From the NCBI GenBank assembly GCA_027350645.1, contig DAIEKJ010000002.1, positions 1-38,123 on the forward strand: a stretch of DNA of 38,123 nt. The letters run 5' to 3'. The translations under genes were made by a program, and so were the position numbers. The notes under the pieces were generated by a model. That model did no database searches. It saw nothing but the letters and a program-made list of their open reading frames with translations, and had not been told where the DNA came from. Shown in pieces: positions 1 through 8,360 of this stretch. Position 1 is the stretch's first letter; each line of letters opens with the position of its first letter. Source of the stretch: Candidatus Wolfebacteria bacterium (GTDB taxonomy: Bacteria; Patescibacteriota; Minisyncoccia; UBA6257; JAGOQP01).

Positions 1-207
1 CGGATTGGTACCGACATACGCATACACATCCCAGTCATGATCAAAAAGTGAATACCAGGCGGCGCTGATAACTAACGCCCCAGCGACCAATAAAATTCCC
101 GAAAGAATCCATGTCCCCGCGTCGCGAAGCGCAAAAAACCACCGCGGCCGAGGGGCGATGCGTTGCTTCTCTATTTTCTTAACGACGTCTTTTGAAAAAG
201 TATCCAT
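1..207 (-). CDS. Putative anti-sigma-like membrane partner of the ECF sigma factor; only the 5' part is present because it runs off the window start
   Basis: The ATG at 207 lies 4 nt after the stop of the sigma gene. The frame stays open to position 1 and reads MDTFSKDVVKKIEKQRIAPRPRWFFALRDAGTWILSGILLVAGALVISAAWY... It shares the I..I...RPRW.F.LR motif plus TM helix with the protein at 35954..36649 that follows the second sigma gene. It is not in the supplied ORF track. Confidence 0.6.
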   Translation of the reverse strand, partial: MDTFSKDVVKKIEKQRIAPRPRWFFALRDAGTWILSGILLVAGALVISAAWYSLFDHDWDVYAYVGTNP

Positions 208-211
208 AGCG

Positions 212-820
212 CTATACATCGCCGCTTAATTGGTGCTGCTCGGCTTTTTGCCGAAATTGTTTTTTTGCCCGATACAGCAGGGTTGCCACCGTTCCCATCG
301 GCTTGCGGAGAATATCCGATATCTCGCGATAATCTTTCTGCTCGACAAACCGCAGAACCAGAATGGTGCGATAAAGCGGATCGAGCTCGTCTAGAATCCG
401 CTGCGCCTGCTCCGACTGCAGTCGCCGGCCAACCTCTTCCTCCACATCATCGTCGGCGGCGATTGCCTCGACAACACCCGCGTCAAGTTCCTCGTCCTGC
501 GCCGCATCCGAAGAAGGGGCGAACCGAACAATGTGCTTGCGTTTGCGGATGAGCGTAATGGCTTCGTTGTGAGCGATCCGGTAAATCCACGACGAGAACA
601 GCAGATTACCGTCAAAATCGTTCAGATTTTGATACGCCTTTATAAAAACGTCCTGAAGCACGTCCTTGACATCATCATCCGAAAGCGGAACAACGCGCCG
701 GATGTAGCGCGCAAGCTTGGCTTCGTAACGTTCGACAAGCGCTCCGTACCTATCCGGATGCGCAAGCGTCTCCCGTACAAGCTCTTCGTCTGTCGTCGTG
801 CGTTGATGAATAACGGTCAT
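212..820 (-). CDS. ECF-type RNA polymerase sigma-70 family factor (copy 1)
   Basis: Region 2 reads DVLQDVFIKAYQNLNDFDG..FSSWIYRIAHNEAITLIRKRK. The region 4 HTH reads YRTILVLRFVEQKDYREISDILRKPMGTVATLLYRAKK. The track start at 883 is GTG. The ATG at 820 (MTVIHQ) aligns with the paralogue at 36664..37239 and sits 5 nt after a TATACA box, so it was chosen. Confidence 0.85.
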   Translation of the reverse strand: MTVIHQRTTTDEELVRETLAHPDRYGALVERYEAKLARYIRRVVPLSDDDVKDVLQDVFIKAYQNLNDFDGNLLFSSWIYRIAHNEAITLIRKRKHIVRFAPSSDAAQDEELDAGVVEAIAADDDVEEEVGRRLQSEQAQRILDELDPLYRTILVLRFVEQKDYREISDILRKPMGTVATLLYRAKKQFRQKAEQHQLSGDV

Positions 821-864
821 GCCCGTGTATAAAAAGATTTTCCGAGAAACGCATCCGCGCGCGG

Positions 865-891
865 CAACAAACTTCGGCATCACATCCGAAG
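865..891 (-). terminator. Weak intrinsic terminator after the repeat-protein gene
   Basis: On the minus strand, CTTCGG-atgtgatg-CCGAAG is followed by TTTGTTG. It would lie inside the sigma ORF only if the upstream GTG/ATG starts at 883/880 were used. Confidence 0.3.
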
Positions 892-952
892 GATAGCCCG
901 CTATCCATGGTACGCCCCGCCCGCGCGATTTCTTCCCCGATCTAAAAAAATG

Positions 953-1255
953 TCAACGGAGCATCATCACCAAAAGCACGGCCGCCCCAAGCTCCATGTG
1001 CGGCGGCTGGCTCCGCCCGATTTTTTTGGCATTCCAATCATAGACGGCGCCAGAAGGATCAACATACCCGGCATGGTGGCCGTCGCCGTCGTATATTTTC
1101 CCATCCGTATCCACCCACCCGGCCAGATTGTTTTCGGTATCAAAAATTTTCTTGTCATCAACATAACCGATTTTCCCGCCTTTGGCATCCCACACGACAC
1201 GGTCATCGTCGACCATTCCCATGCGCTGATCCGTACTGTCGTATATGTTTCCCAT
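953..1255 (-). CDS. Small protein of five tandem ~17-residue repeats with a short hydrophobic C-terminal tail
   Basis: It has an ATG start and a TGA stop. The repeats are NIYDSTDQRMGMVDDD / VVWDAKGGKIGYVDDK / IFDTENNLAGWVDTDG / IYDGDGHHAGYVDPSG / VYDWNAKKIG, followed by LGAAVLLVMMLR. The extended -10 box at 1291..1299 lies upstream. Confidence 0.65.
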   Translation of the reverse strand: MGNIYDSTDQRMGMVDDDRVVWDAKGGKIGYVDDKKIFDTENNLAGWVDTDGKIYDGDGHHAGYVDPSGAVYDWNAKKIGRSQPPHMELGAAVLLVMMLR

Positions 1256-1290
1256 AAGAAAGAAGGTTACTTATATTTATTATGTATATG

Positions 1291-1299
1291 AGTATACCA
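1291..1299 (-). promoter_or_regulatory. Extended -10 element (TGgTATACT) upstream of the repeat-protein gene
   Basis: The minus strand reads tgTGgTATACTcatatac, about 35 nt upstream of the ATG at 1255. The -35 is poor (AAACAT). Confidence 0.4.
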
Positions 1300-1347
1300 C
1301 ACATTGCCCGCGAATGTTTCGCCGCCACGCAACTGTTTTTTCTGCAC

Positions 1348-1375
1348 AAAAAATCCGCCGTACCGGCGGATTTTT
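1348..1375. terminator. Bidirectional intrinsic terminator hairpin
   Basis: AAAAAA-TCCGCCG-tac-CGGCGGA-TTTTT: a 7-bp GC stem flanked by an A-run and a T-run. Confidence 0.6.
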
Positions 1376-1468
1376 CATATACAGGCGAAAAAGATTCGGT
1401 TGGGTATTGCGTGGCCTCACACCACGCACCGCCCCGATCACCTTCGTCCGTCTGTTTTCACGAAAGTC

Positions 1469-1477
1469 AGTATAACA
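1469..1477 (-). promoter_or_regulatory. Extended -10 element (TGtTATACT) in the HD/repeat-protein spacer
   Basis: The minus strand reads ggtgTGtTATACTgac. It lies about 95-115 nt upstream of the terminator at 1348..1375, and no credible ORF lies between them. Confidence 0.3.
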
Positions 1478-1536
1478 CACCTCCCCACACAAAGAAAGAA
1501 TCCGTGTGGAAAACTCGTGCACAACCGGATGACGCG

Positions 1537-2103
1537 CTACAACCCCAGATCCGTCCGATAATCACGCATGGCGTCAATGACATGAGCTATATGCTCCTCC
1601 AACGGAATTGCCAACGCGGCGGCTCCCTGGATTATTTCATCGCGGTTCACATTGGCGGCAAATCGCTTTTCCGCAAGACGCCTGGTTACCGATGCAACGT
1701 CGACTGCGGATAAATTTTTCTCCGGCTTAATAAGCGCCACCGCGACAATAAACCCGGCAAGCTCATCAACGGCAAAAAGCGTTTTTGCCATCAATGTCTG
1801 GCGCGGCTGGCCAGTGTGCGATGCGTGCGCCAAAATCGCCTGGCACGATTCTTCATCAAGTCCGCGCGTTTTTAAAAACGCCACCGCGACGTAGGGATGT
1901 CCCTGGGCGGAAAGGTTGGGATATTTTTCCCAATCAAGATCGTGCACAATGCCCGCTACTTCCCACCGATCCTGGGTGGACTCGTCCTGCCCAAAAAACA
2001 CCGCATACCAACGCATGGCCGCCCCCACCGCCCGCATATGCTTTTTTAAATTGGGGTTTACCACCCACTCGTCAAGTATATTTTTGGCTTCCGATGGTGT
2101 CAT
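1537..2103 (-). CDS. HD-domain metal-dependent phosphohydrolase
   Basis: It carries H...HD signature residues (HMRAVGAAM ... IVHDLDWEKY ... ILAHASH). It has an ATG start and lies 23 nt downstream of murA. Confidence 0.75.
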   Translation of the reverse strand: MTPSEAKNILDEWVVNPNLKKHMRAVGAAMRWYAVFFGQDESTQDRWEVAGIVHDLDWEKYPNLSAQGHPYVAVAFLKTRGLDEESCQAILAHASHTGQPRQTLMAKTLFAVDELAGFIVAVALIKPEKNLSAVDVASVTRRLAEKRFAANVNRDEIIQGAAALAIPLEEHIAHVIDAMRDYRTDLGL

Positions 2104-2126
2104 ACATGAGTTGATTGCGCATACGA

Positions 2127-3428
2127 CTACTCTTGGCGGGAAATGGCGGCGCCCAGCGCTCGCAAACGCTCATCGAGATTTTCATAACCGCGGTCAATTT
2201 CTTCAACGCCTTCAATAACCGATGTTCCGTTGGCCAGTAGCGCGGCAATGACATGAGCCATGCCCGATCGCAAATCCCGCACGCGCATGGTAGCCCCCCG
2301 CAACGGCGTGGGACCGTGGATGACAGCGCTATGTTTGAAATCCATCCCGTGAAACCGGCACGGCAACTCCCCCAGGCACTTGGACGATGTCGTCATCTGA
2401 GCCCCCATGGCATTAAGATCGTTGGCATAGCCGAAACGATCCTCATAAATCGTCTCGTGAACAACCGAATCCCCCCGCGCCTGCGTGAGCAGGACAGAAA
2501 TGGGCTGCTGCCAATCGGTCATAAAACCCGGGTGCGCTTCGGTCTCCACCTCAACCGCCTTGAGCGCCGTTGCACCGGAAAAAATAATCCCGTCATCCTC
2601 GACGTCATACTGGCCGCCGATTTTTCGGATAGTGTTCAGAAAAGTCATTAAATGGCCCTGGACTGCCCCCTTGACGCGGACCGGCCCGCCCGCGGCAACT
2701 CCCAACACCCCAAACGAAACCGCCTCGTTGCGATCCGGAAGAATGTGATGCCGAGCTCCATGCAGTGACGGCACGCCCTCAATACGAATAGTGCGCCCAG
2801 ATCCAAAACCAATAATCGCCCCCATTTTCTGCAGAAGTTTTATCAGATCAACCACTTCCGGCTCCAGCGCGGCATTGGTAATCGTCGTTACTCCGCGCGC
2901 CAGGACGCCGGCCAGCAGGGCATTCTCCGTCGCTCCGACGCTGGGAAATTTAAAATCGATGCGCGCGCCAAAGAGCCCGCGAGGCGCGGACGCCTCATAC
3001 CGATCGGCGCGCTCCTCGATCTGGGCGCCCAGCGCCCGCAAAGCGTTGAGATGCAAATCAACCGGACGCGGACCGATTTTGTCTCCGCCCACCATGGGAA
3101 CAATCGCCTCTCCCGCGCGGGCCAGCAATGGACCCAATGCAAGAATAGGAATGCGGTTGCGACGGGTAAGATGAAGAGCTTCCACGTTGGTAATCGACGG
3201 CGTCACCACGCGGGCGCGGCCGGCGGCCCGATCGTACGACACCTGAGCCCCGAAAGTCTTGCACAATTCGGCGGTAATATCCGTATCGCCGATAAACGGG
3301 AAGTTTTCCAAATCAACCGGCTCGGACGAAAGGAGCGCGGCGACCATCATTTTGGTCGCGGCATTTTTTGCTCCGCGGACAACAACGGTGCCCGCCAACG
3401 GTTTTCCTCCGGTAATGATAAATTTCAT
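2127..3428 (-). CDS. murA: UDP-N-acetylglucosamine 1-carboxyvinyltransferase MurA
   Basis: The N-terminus MKFIITGGKPLAGTVVVRGAKNAATK, the GGDKIGPRPVDLHL loop and the C-terminal IDRGYENLDERLRALGA are typical of MurA. The track version (to 3623) adds a non-conserved 65-aa extension across the divergent promoter, so the ATG at 3428 was chosen. Confidence 0.93.
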   Translation of the reverse strand: MKFIITGGKPLAGTVVVRGAKNAATKMMVAALLSSEPVDLENFPFIGDTDITAELCKTFGAQVSYDRAAGRARVVTPSITNVEALHLTRRNRIPILALGPLLARAGEAIVPMVGGDKIGPRPVDLHLNALRALGAQIEERADRYEASAPRGLFGARIDFKFPSVGATENALLAGVLARGVTTITNAALEPEVVDLIKLLQKMGAIIGFGSGRTIRIEGVPSLHGARHHILPDRNEAVSFGVLGVAAGGPVRVKGAVQGHLMTFLNTIRKIGGQYDVEDDGIIFSGATALKAVEVETEAHPGFMTDWQQPISVLLTQARGDSVVHETIYEDRFGYANDLNAMGAQMTTSSKCLGELPCRFHGMDFKHSAVIHGPTPLRGATMRVRDLRSGMAHVIAALLANGTSVIEGVEEIDRGYENLDERLRALGAAISRQE

Positions 3429-3468
3429 ACGTTGCCAACAAGACCGCGAACGGCTATGCTGTAGAGTA

Positions 3469-3474
3469 AGTATA
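3469..3474 (-). promoter_or_regulatory. Candidate -10 box (TATACT) for the murA-HD operon
   Basis: The minus strand reads gggggcTATACTtactc, 40 nt upstream of the murA ATG, in the divergent spacer shared with the gene at 3501. Confidence 0.3.
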
Positions 3475-3500
3475 GCCCCCACAGACGCGCGGGCGCAACC

Positions 3501-4793
3501 ATGACCCACTCTTTTCGTACAAAACTCTTTATTCTTTTTGTTGGGATTTTTTGCGTCATCGGCGGGGGCCTTTTGCTTTACACGCAAGGATACCGGATAG
3601 ACCTTGCCACCTGGCGAATTCAAAAAACCGGAGCCCTTTATATAGAAACATCAGTCCGTCCCGTATCCATAGAACTCAATGATCAATCATACGCGGACAA
3701 ATCGAGTTTTATCCAGCGGGGAACTTTTATCCAAACCGTTCTACCAAAACGCTACCGGCTCGTCATTAAAAAAGACGGCTACGCCCCGTATGAAAAAAAT
3801 ATCGCCATCGTTCCCGGACAGGTAACCCGCCTCCTGCATGTCCTGATGGTTCCGCTGCAAATCGCGACCACCACCTATTCCCAGATCCCCGGGAACACCA
3901 TCATCGACAGCGCCAACGGCGCCGAACTGCTCACCTACGATACGGCAAAAAAGAATTACTACGATGTCTCTCTGGGCGCGGCGGCAAAAAGCGTCAACCT
4001 TTCGCTCAGAATGGCAGCGGTGACGCGACGACCGATTATTTCAATGGCATTTTATCCGCAGGAAAGCAACCGCTTTATCGTGCAAACACAAACAGGATTG
4101 TCGGCCATTGATCTAAACGCGAACGCGCAAACGCCGATACTTCAATCCTCTTCCCTGATCTGGTGGGGCGTGCGCAACAATAATGTCTACGCGCTGACGA
4201 CGACCACGACACCGGCCAGCGGCACCAGCACGCCCGCGTCAAGTGCAACCATCGTCTCCGTTTTTGATCTCTCTCTGGCAAAAATAGCTCAGACCTACAC
4301 CCTTGCGCTTCCCGCTTCATCAACTGTTGCCAAAGCCGATTTTTCTTCATCCCGCGCCGCGCTGATTCTTACAGACGGATCGCTCCTCGTGTATTCTCTC
4401 AACAATACCACGTATACCCGCATCGCCGACACGGTCAAGACCGCGCTGTTTTCGCCCGACGGCAACCGCTTGCTCTACCAGGACCAGGACGGAAAAATAT
4501 TTGCGTACCTATTCAACGACGACATTGTCGCGCTTAATACTCCAGCCAACACCGCCCTGCGTCTCAGTATCCTGGAAACGGCGCGCGTCTCAAAACTGTG
4601 GTGGGCATTTGACCAATACCATATCCTCTGCGTCTACCCGGACAAAATCACCGTCGCCGAAATAACTCAGAGCGAACCCAACGAACAATTCGCCCTTGCG
4701 CCAAATCCGGGCGGTTCGTGGTATGATGGCGGCAGCCAAACCCTCTTTACGATAGCCAGCAGCACGCTGACCGCATACAACCTAAACTTCTAG
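3501..4793 (+). CDS. Membrane-anchored surface protein with a PEGA-like domain followed by a beta-propeller-like region
   Basis: It has an N-terminal TM helix (LFILFVGIFCVIGGGLLLY). A PEGA-like segment reads VSIELNDQ...LPKRYRLVIKKDGYAPYEKNIAIVPGQVTRL. A Thr/Ser-rich linker (TTTTTPASGTSTPASSAT) follows. A TolB-like motif reads LFSPDGNRLLYQDQDGKIFAY. Confidence 0.6.
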   Translation: MTHSFRTKLFILFVGIFCVIGGGLLLYTQGYRIDLATWRIQKTGALYIETSVRPVSIELNDQSYADKSSFIQRGTFIQTVLPKRYRLVIKKDGYAPYEKNIAIVPGQVTRLLHVLMVPLQIATTTYSQIPGNTIIDSANGAELLTYDTAKKNYYDVSLGAAAKSVNLSLRMAAVTRRPIISMAFYPQESNRFIVQTQTGLSAIDLNANAQTPILQSSSLIWWGVRNNNVYALTTTTTPASGTSTPASSATIVSVFDLSLAKIAQTYTLALPASSTVAKADFSSSRAALILTDGSLLVYSLNNTTYTRIADTVKTALFSPDGNRLLYQDQDGKIFAYLFNDDIVALNTPANTALRLSILETARVSKLWWAFDQYHILCVYPDKITVAEITQSEPNEQFALAPNPGGSWYDGGSQTLFTIASSTLTAYNLNF

Positions 4794-4813
4794 CATAGCA
4801 AAACGCGCCCAAC

Positions 4814-4838
4814 AAAAGCCCCGCAGTGCGGGGCTTTT
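4814..4838. terminator. Bidirectional intrinsic terminator between the convergent genes at 3501..4793 and rpsI
   Basis: AAAA-GCCCCGC-agt-GCGGGGC-TTTT: a perfect 7-bp GC stem. Confidence 0.75.
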
Positions 4839-4852
4839 ATGTGATAATTCGT

Positions 4853-5308
4853 TTAGCGCTTTGACCATTGCGGCGCGCGGCGAGCCTTTTTCAATCCGTA
4901 CTTCTTACGCTCTACCATGCGAGCGTCGCGAGTGACGAATCCAAAGACGCGCAGTTTCTTTTTCAATTCCTCGTTCCGTTTGATGAGCGCGCGGGCAATG
5001 CCCAAACGGATTGCCTCCGCTTGCGCCGCCAATCCTCCGCCGGAAACATGCGCGCTGACCGCCACATGCTCAACCATATCGGTTTTTTCCAACGGCGAGG
5101 CAACGATACGATGATGTTCCTGAACCGTAAAATACTTCGCGTACGCTGTTTCGTTAACGGTAATATCCGGCTGGCCGGCTTTCCCGCCCTGGCGCGCAGT
5201 CAAGCGCACGCGGGCAACCGCCGTCTTCCGGCGACCAACGCCTTCGTCGTACGCGCCCTTGGCATGAGCGGCAACCGATGTTTTTCGTATTGTGTGTTGC
5301 TGATCCAT
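4853..5308 (-). CDS. rpsI: 30S ribosomal protein S9
   Basis: Motifs GRRKTAVARVRL, GGGLAAQAEAIRLGIARAL and RDARMVERKKYGLKKARRAPQWSKR are present. The ATG at 5308 lies 1 nt after the rplM stop. The alternative starts (TTG 5326, ATG 5323) would overlap rplM. Confidence 0.9.
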   Translation of the reverse strand: MDQQHTIRKTSVAAHAKGAYDEGVGRRKTAVARVRLTARQGGKAGQPDITVNETAYAKYFTVQEHHRIVASPLEKTDMVEHVAVSAHVSGGGLAAQAEAIRLGIARALIKRNEELKKKLRVFGFVTRDARMVERKKYGLKKARRAPQWSKR

Positions 5309-5309
5309 A

Positions 5310-5663
5310 TTACTTCTCGTCATCAATGATAAGCCGCTTCATGCGGATTTTTTGCAGCCGGTTTTTCGGAAGCATGTGTTCGACGGCGCGCCGTAAAACA
5401 TATGCCATACCATGCTTGGCAACCACGTCCTTAAATTTTCTCTCTTTGAGGTGTCCAATCTGCGTCGTGTGGGAGTAGTACACTTTCTGTTCGGCCTTGC
5501 TCCCCGTCACCTCCAATGACGCGACATTCTTAATCACGACCGTATCGTCGCCGGCAATGCGCGGATTGTAGGACGGATTCTTTTTCCCCTGCAAAATAAC
5601 CGCCGCTTCCGTTGCGACACGCCCCAGCCGTTTCCCCTTGCAATCAATGATATAGTCAGCCAT
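5310..5663 (-). CDS. rplM: 50S ribosomal protein L13
   Basis: Motifs GKRLGRVATEAAVILQGK and KVYYSHT..IGHLKE are present. The track start at 5702 is a TTG abutting the fusA stop, so the ATG at 5663 (MADYIID) was chosen. Confidence 0.9.
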   Translation of the reverse strand: MADYIIDCKGKRLGRVATEAAVILQGKKNPSYNPRIAGDDTVVIKNVASLEVTGSKAEQKVYYSHTTQIGHLKERKFKDVVAKHGMAYVLRRAVEHMLPKNRLQKIRMKRLIIDDEK

Positions 5664-5702
5664 AACGTTGTATACTCTACTGTATTGACTGTGGGCTGTC
5701 AA

Positions 5703-7844
5703 TTATTTGCGCCCCTCCACGATTTGCGCCTCAACGTTCTTGGGCACTTCCTCGTAGTGATCAAATTCCATCGTGAACGACCCGCGACCCTGCGTAATAG
5801 AACGCAATTTTGTCGCATACCCGAACATTTCCGACAATGGCACCTTGGCGTCAACCACTTTGAGCGCACCGCGATCATTCATGCCCTCAATGCGACCGCG
5901 CTTTGAATTGACATCGCCTGTCACGTCGCCGAAAAATTCCTGTGGCACCGTTACTTGCATCTTCATAATCGGCTCGAGCAAGACGGGCTTGGCGGCCTTG
6001 GCGGCCTCCTGCAATGCCAGCGATCCGGCGATTTTAAAGGCCGCTTCCGACGAGTCGACTTCATGATACGAACCATCGTACAGCGTCACCTCCACGTCAA
6101 CCATCGGATATCCGGCGACAATACCGCGGTCCAATGCTTCCTTAATGCCCTTTTCAATAGGATTAATAAACTCCTGCGGAATAACACCTCCCTTAATCTG
6201 GTTAACGAACGAAAATCCTTTCCCGCGCTCCAACGGCTTGATCTTGATCTTTGCGTGCCCGTATTGCCCGCGGCCGCCCGATTGGCGGATATATTTTCCT
6301 TCGGCGTCAGCCGATCCCATGATGGTTTCTTTATAGGAAACGCGCGGCCGCCCGATCGTCGCCTCAACCCCGAATTCACGTTTCATGCGATCAACCAGAA
6401 TCTCCAAATGCAGTTCTCCCATGCCCCAGATAATCGTCTCGCCAGTATCCGAATCACCCGTCACGCGGAAGGTCGGATCCTCATCGGCAAGACGCCGCAG
6501 AGCCATGCCCAGTTTTTCCTGGTCAACTTTCGTTTTCGGCTCAATCTTAAGATTGATAACCGGCTCGGGAAAAGTAATCTTCTCAAGAATAATAGGATTT
6601 TCCGGATCGCAGAGCGTATCACCGGTCGTGGTCGCCTTGAGACCAACAATGGCTCCCAAATCGCCCGTCGACATTTCCTCAACATCCTCGCGATGATTGG
6701 CGTGGATACGCACAATACGTCCGACGCGCTCCTGCGATCCCTTCGTCGAATTCATCACGTACGTCCCCTTCTTCATGACGCCGCTGTAAATGCGGAAGTA
6801 CGCCAAATTACCGACAAACGGATCGGTAGCAATCTTGAACGCCAGCGCCGTCAAAGGCTCTTCGTCTGAGGGCGTGCGAATAATTTCAGCGCCCGTTTTG
6901 GGATCGGTTCCTTTGATTGGTTTCGAATCAGTGATGTCCAGCGGAGATGGCAGATAGTCAATGACGCCGTCCAACATCAACTGCGTGCCTTTGTTGCGCA
7001 ACGCCGATCCGCAAAACACCGGGATCAATTCGTTGGCAATCGTCGCCGTGCGCAACGTTGCGCGCAGATCATCGACGCTGACTTCTTCTCCGGCAAGGTA
7101 GCGCTCCATAAGCGCTTCGTTTTTCTCGACGATTTTTTCAACCAGCGTCGCACGATGTTTTTCAACATCGGCAACCATGTCAGCCGGAACTTCCGCTTCG
7201 GTGATAATTTCGCCATGCTCGCCCGAAAAAAGGTATGCCTTTTTTTCCAACACATCAACCACGCCCGAAAAGTGTTCTTCCAAACCGATCGGCAGTTGCA
7301 CCGCAACAGCATGCGGGGTTAAACGCTCGATAATTGAATCAAACGATTTATCAAAGCTGGCGCCCATGCGATCCAGTTTGTTGATAAAGCAGATACGGGG
7401 CACTTTATACTTATCGGCCTGCCGCCAGACCGTTTCTGATTGCGGCTCAACGCCGGCCACGCCGTCAAACACCGTCACGCCGCCGTCAAGCACGCGCAAC
7501 GACCGCTCCACTTCAGCGGTAAAATCAACGTGCCCGGGCGTATCAATGATGTTAATGCGATGCTCGTGCGTTTCGCGGACTTTTGCCTTCGTCGCATCAT
7601 CGGCGCCGTACAAAAGACGCGCCGGCGTCCAAAAGCACGTCGTTGCCGCCGACGTAATGGTGATGCCGCGTTCGCGTTCCTGCTCCATCCAGTCCATTGT
7701 CGCCGCTCCTTCGTGCACTTCGCCGATTTTGTGAGAGATGCCGGTGTAGAAGAGAATACGTTCGGAAACCGTCGTTTTGCCCGCATCAATGTGGGCGATG
7801 ATACCGATATTGCGGTATCGTTCAAGAGGATATCGTTTAGCCAT
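5703..7844 (-). CDS. fusA: Translation elongation factor G
   Basis: Motifs [22 protein letters not shown] and NKLDR are present, with full-length EF-G similarity through domain V. The ATG at 7844 ([12 protein letters not shown]) was used; the track start at 7850 is TTG. Confidence 0.96.
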   Translation of the reverse strand: MAKRYPLERYRNIGIIAHIDAGKTTVSERILFYTGISHKIGEVHEGAATMDWMEQERERGITITSAATTCFWTPARLLYGADDATKAKVRETHEHRINIIDTPGHVDFTAEVERSLRVLDGGVTVFDGVAGVEPQSETVWRQADKYKVPRICFINKLDRMGASFDKSFDSIIERLTPHAVAVQLPIGLEEHFSGVVDVLEKKAYLFSGEHGEIITEAEVPADMVADVEKHRATLVEKIVEKNEALMERYLAGEEVSVDDLRATLRTATIANELIPVFCGSALRNKGTQLMLDGVIDYLPSPLDITDSKPIKGTDPKTGAEIIRTPSDEEPLTALAFKIATDPFVGNLAYFRIYSGVMKKGTYVMNSTKGSQERVGRIVRIHANHREDVEEMSTGDLGAIVGLKATTTGDTLCDPENPIILEKITFPEPVINLKIEPKTKVDQEKLGMALRRLADEDPTFRVTGDSDTGETIIWGMGELHLEILVDRMKREFGVEATIGRPRVSYKETIMGSADAEGKYIRQSGGRGQYGHAKIKIKPLERGKGFSFVNQIKGGVIPQEFINPIEKGIKEALDRGIVAGYPMVDVEVTLYDGSYHEVDSSEAAFKIAGSLALQEAAKAAKPVLLEPIMKMQVTVPQEFFGDVTGDVNSKRGRIEGMNDRGALKVVDAKVPLSEMFGYATKLRSITQGRGSFTMEFDHYEEVPKNVEAQIVEGRK

Positions 7845-7865
7845 AAACAAGAATAGAGTAATGAC

Positions 7866-8333
7866 CTAGCGGGCAAAATGAGCAAAGGCGCGGTTGGCCT
7901 CGGCCATCTTGTGGACGTTCTGCTTCTTTCTGATTGCCGACCCTTCATTGTTGTACGCCGCCATCAGTTCATCGGCAAGTTTTTCGGCCATTGGCTTTCC
8001 TTTTCCGCTGCGGGCGCCATCGATGATCCAATTGCACCCCAAAAAGAACTTGCGTGCGGCGCGGACTTCCCGCGGCACCTGATAATTGGCGCCACCCACG
8101 CGCTTGGAAACCACCTCGTACACCGGCGAAGCATTTTCTAACGCGACCCCAAAAACCTCAATCGGGTTTTTCTTCATTTTCTTCTCAATAACATCCATCG
8201 CGTCGTACATGATCTGCTGGGCAATGGATTTTTTCCCCTCCTTCATCAGATAGTTGATAAAACGCGCCACGGTTGCGCTATCATACTTCATATCGGGCGC
8301 AACAGCCCGCGTATAATTTCTTTTCCGTCTCAT
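7866..8333 (-). CDS. rpsG: 30S ribosomal protein S7
   Basis: PDMKYDSATVARFINYLMKEGKKSIAQQIMYDA and the C-terminal ANRAFAHFAR are typical of S7. Confidence 0.95.
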   Translation of the reverse strand: MRRKRNYTRAVAPDMKYDSATVARFINYLMKEGKKSIAQQIMYDAMDVIEKKMKKNPIEVFGVALENASPVYEVVSKRVGGANYQVPREVRAARKFFLGCNWIIDGARSGKGKPMAEKLADELMAAYNNEGSAIRKKQNVHKMAEANRAFAHFAR

Positions 8334-8360
8334 AGCATTAGATGATTACGAATAGAATGG

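Noticed and set aside
1280-1713. Track ORFs in and around the HD/repeat-protein spacer (1280..1522 minus, 1282..1713 plus, 1304..1561 plus, 1245..1475 plus).
   Set aside because: - They cross a strong bidirectional terminator and promoter boxes, or run antisense to the HD gene.
- Their products are basic and low in complexity.
- None has an SD or a -10-proximal start.
3429-3623. A 65-residue N-terminal extension of murA in the ORF track (498 aa).
   Set aside because: - The extension has no MurA similarity.
- It overlaps the start of the divergent gene at 3501 and the shared promoter region.
- The conserved MurA N-terminus begins exactly at the ATG at 3428.
5955-6869. A 304-aa plus-strand ORF antisense to fusA. 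Similar long antisense ORFs lie at 13294..14034, 35049..35732, 36685..37401, 9169..9645 and 7177..7734.
   Set aside because: - The opposite strand encodes full-length, strongly conserved proteins (EF-G, AspRS, adaptor, sigma).
- The antisense products are Arg/Pro/Leu-rich and low in complexity, as expected for shadow ORFs in moderately GC-rich DNA.
- No start-site signals are visible.
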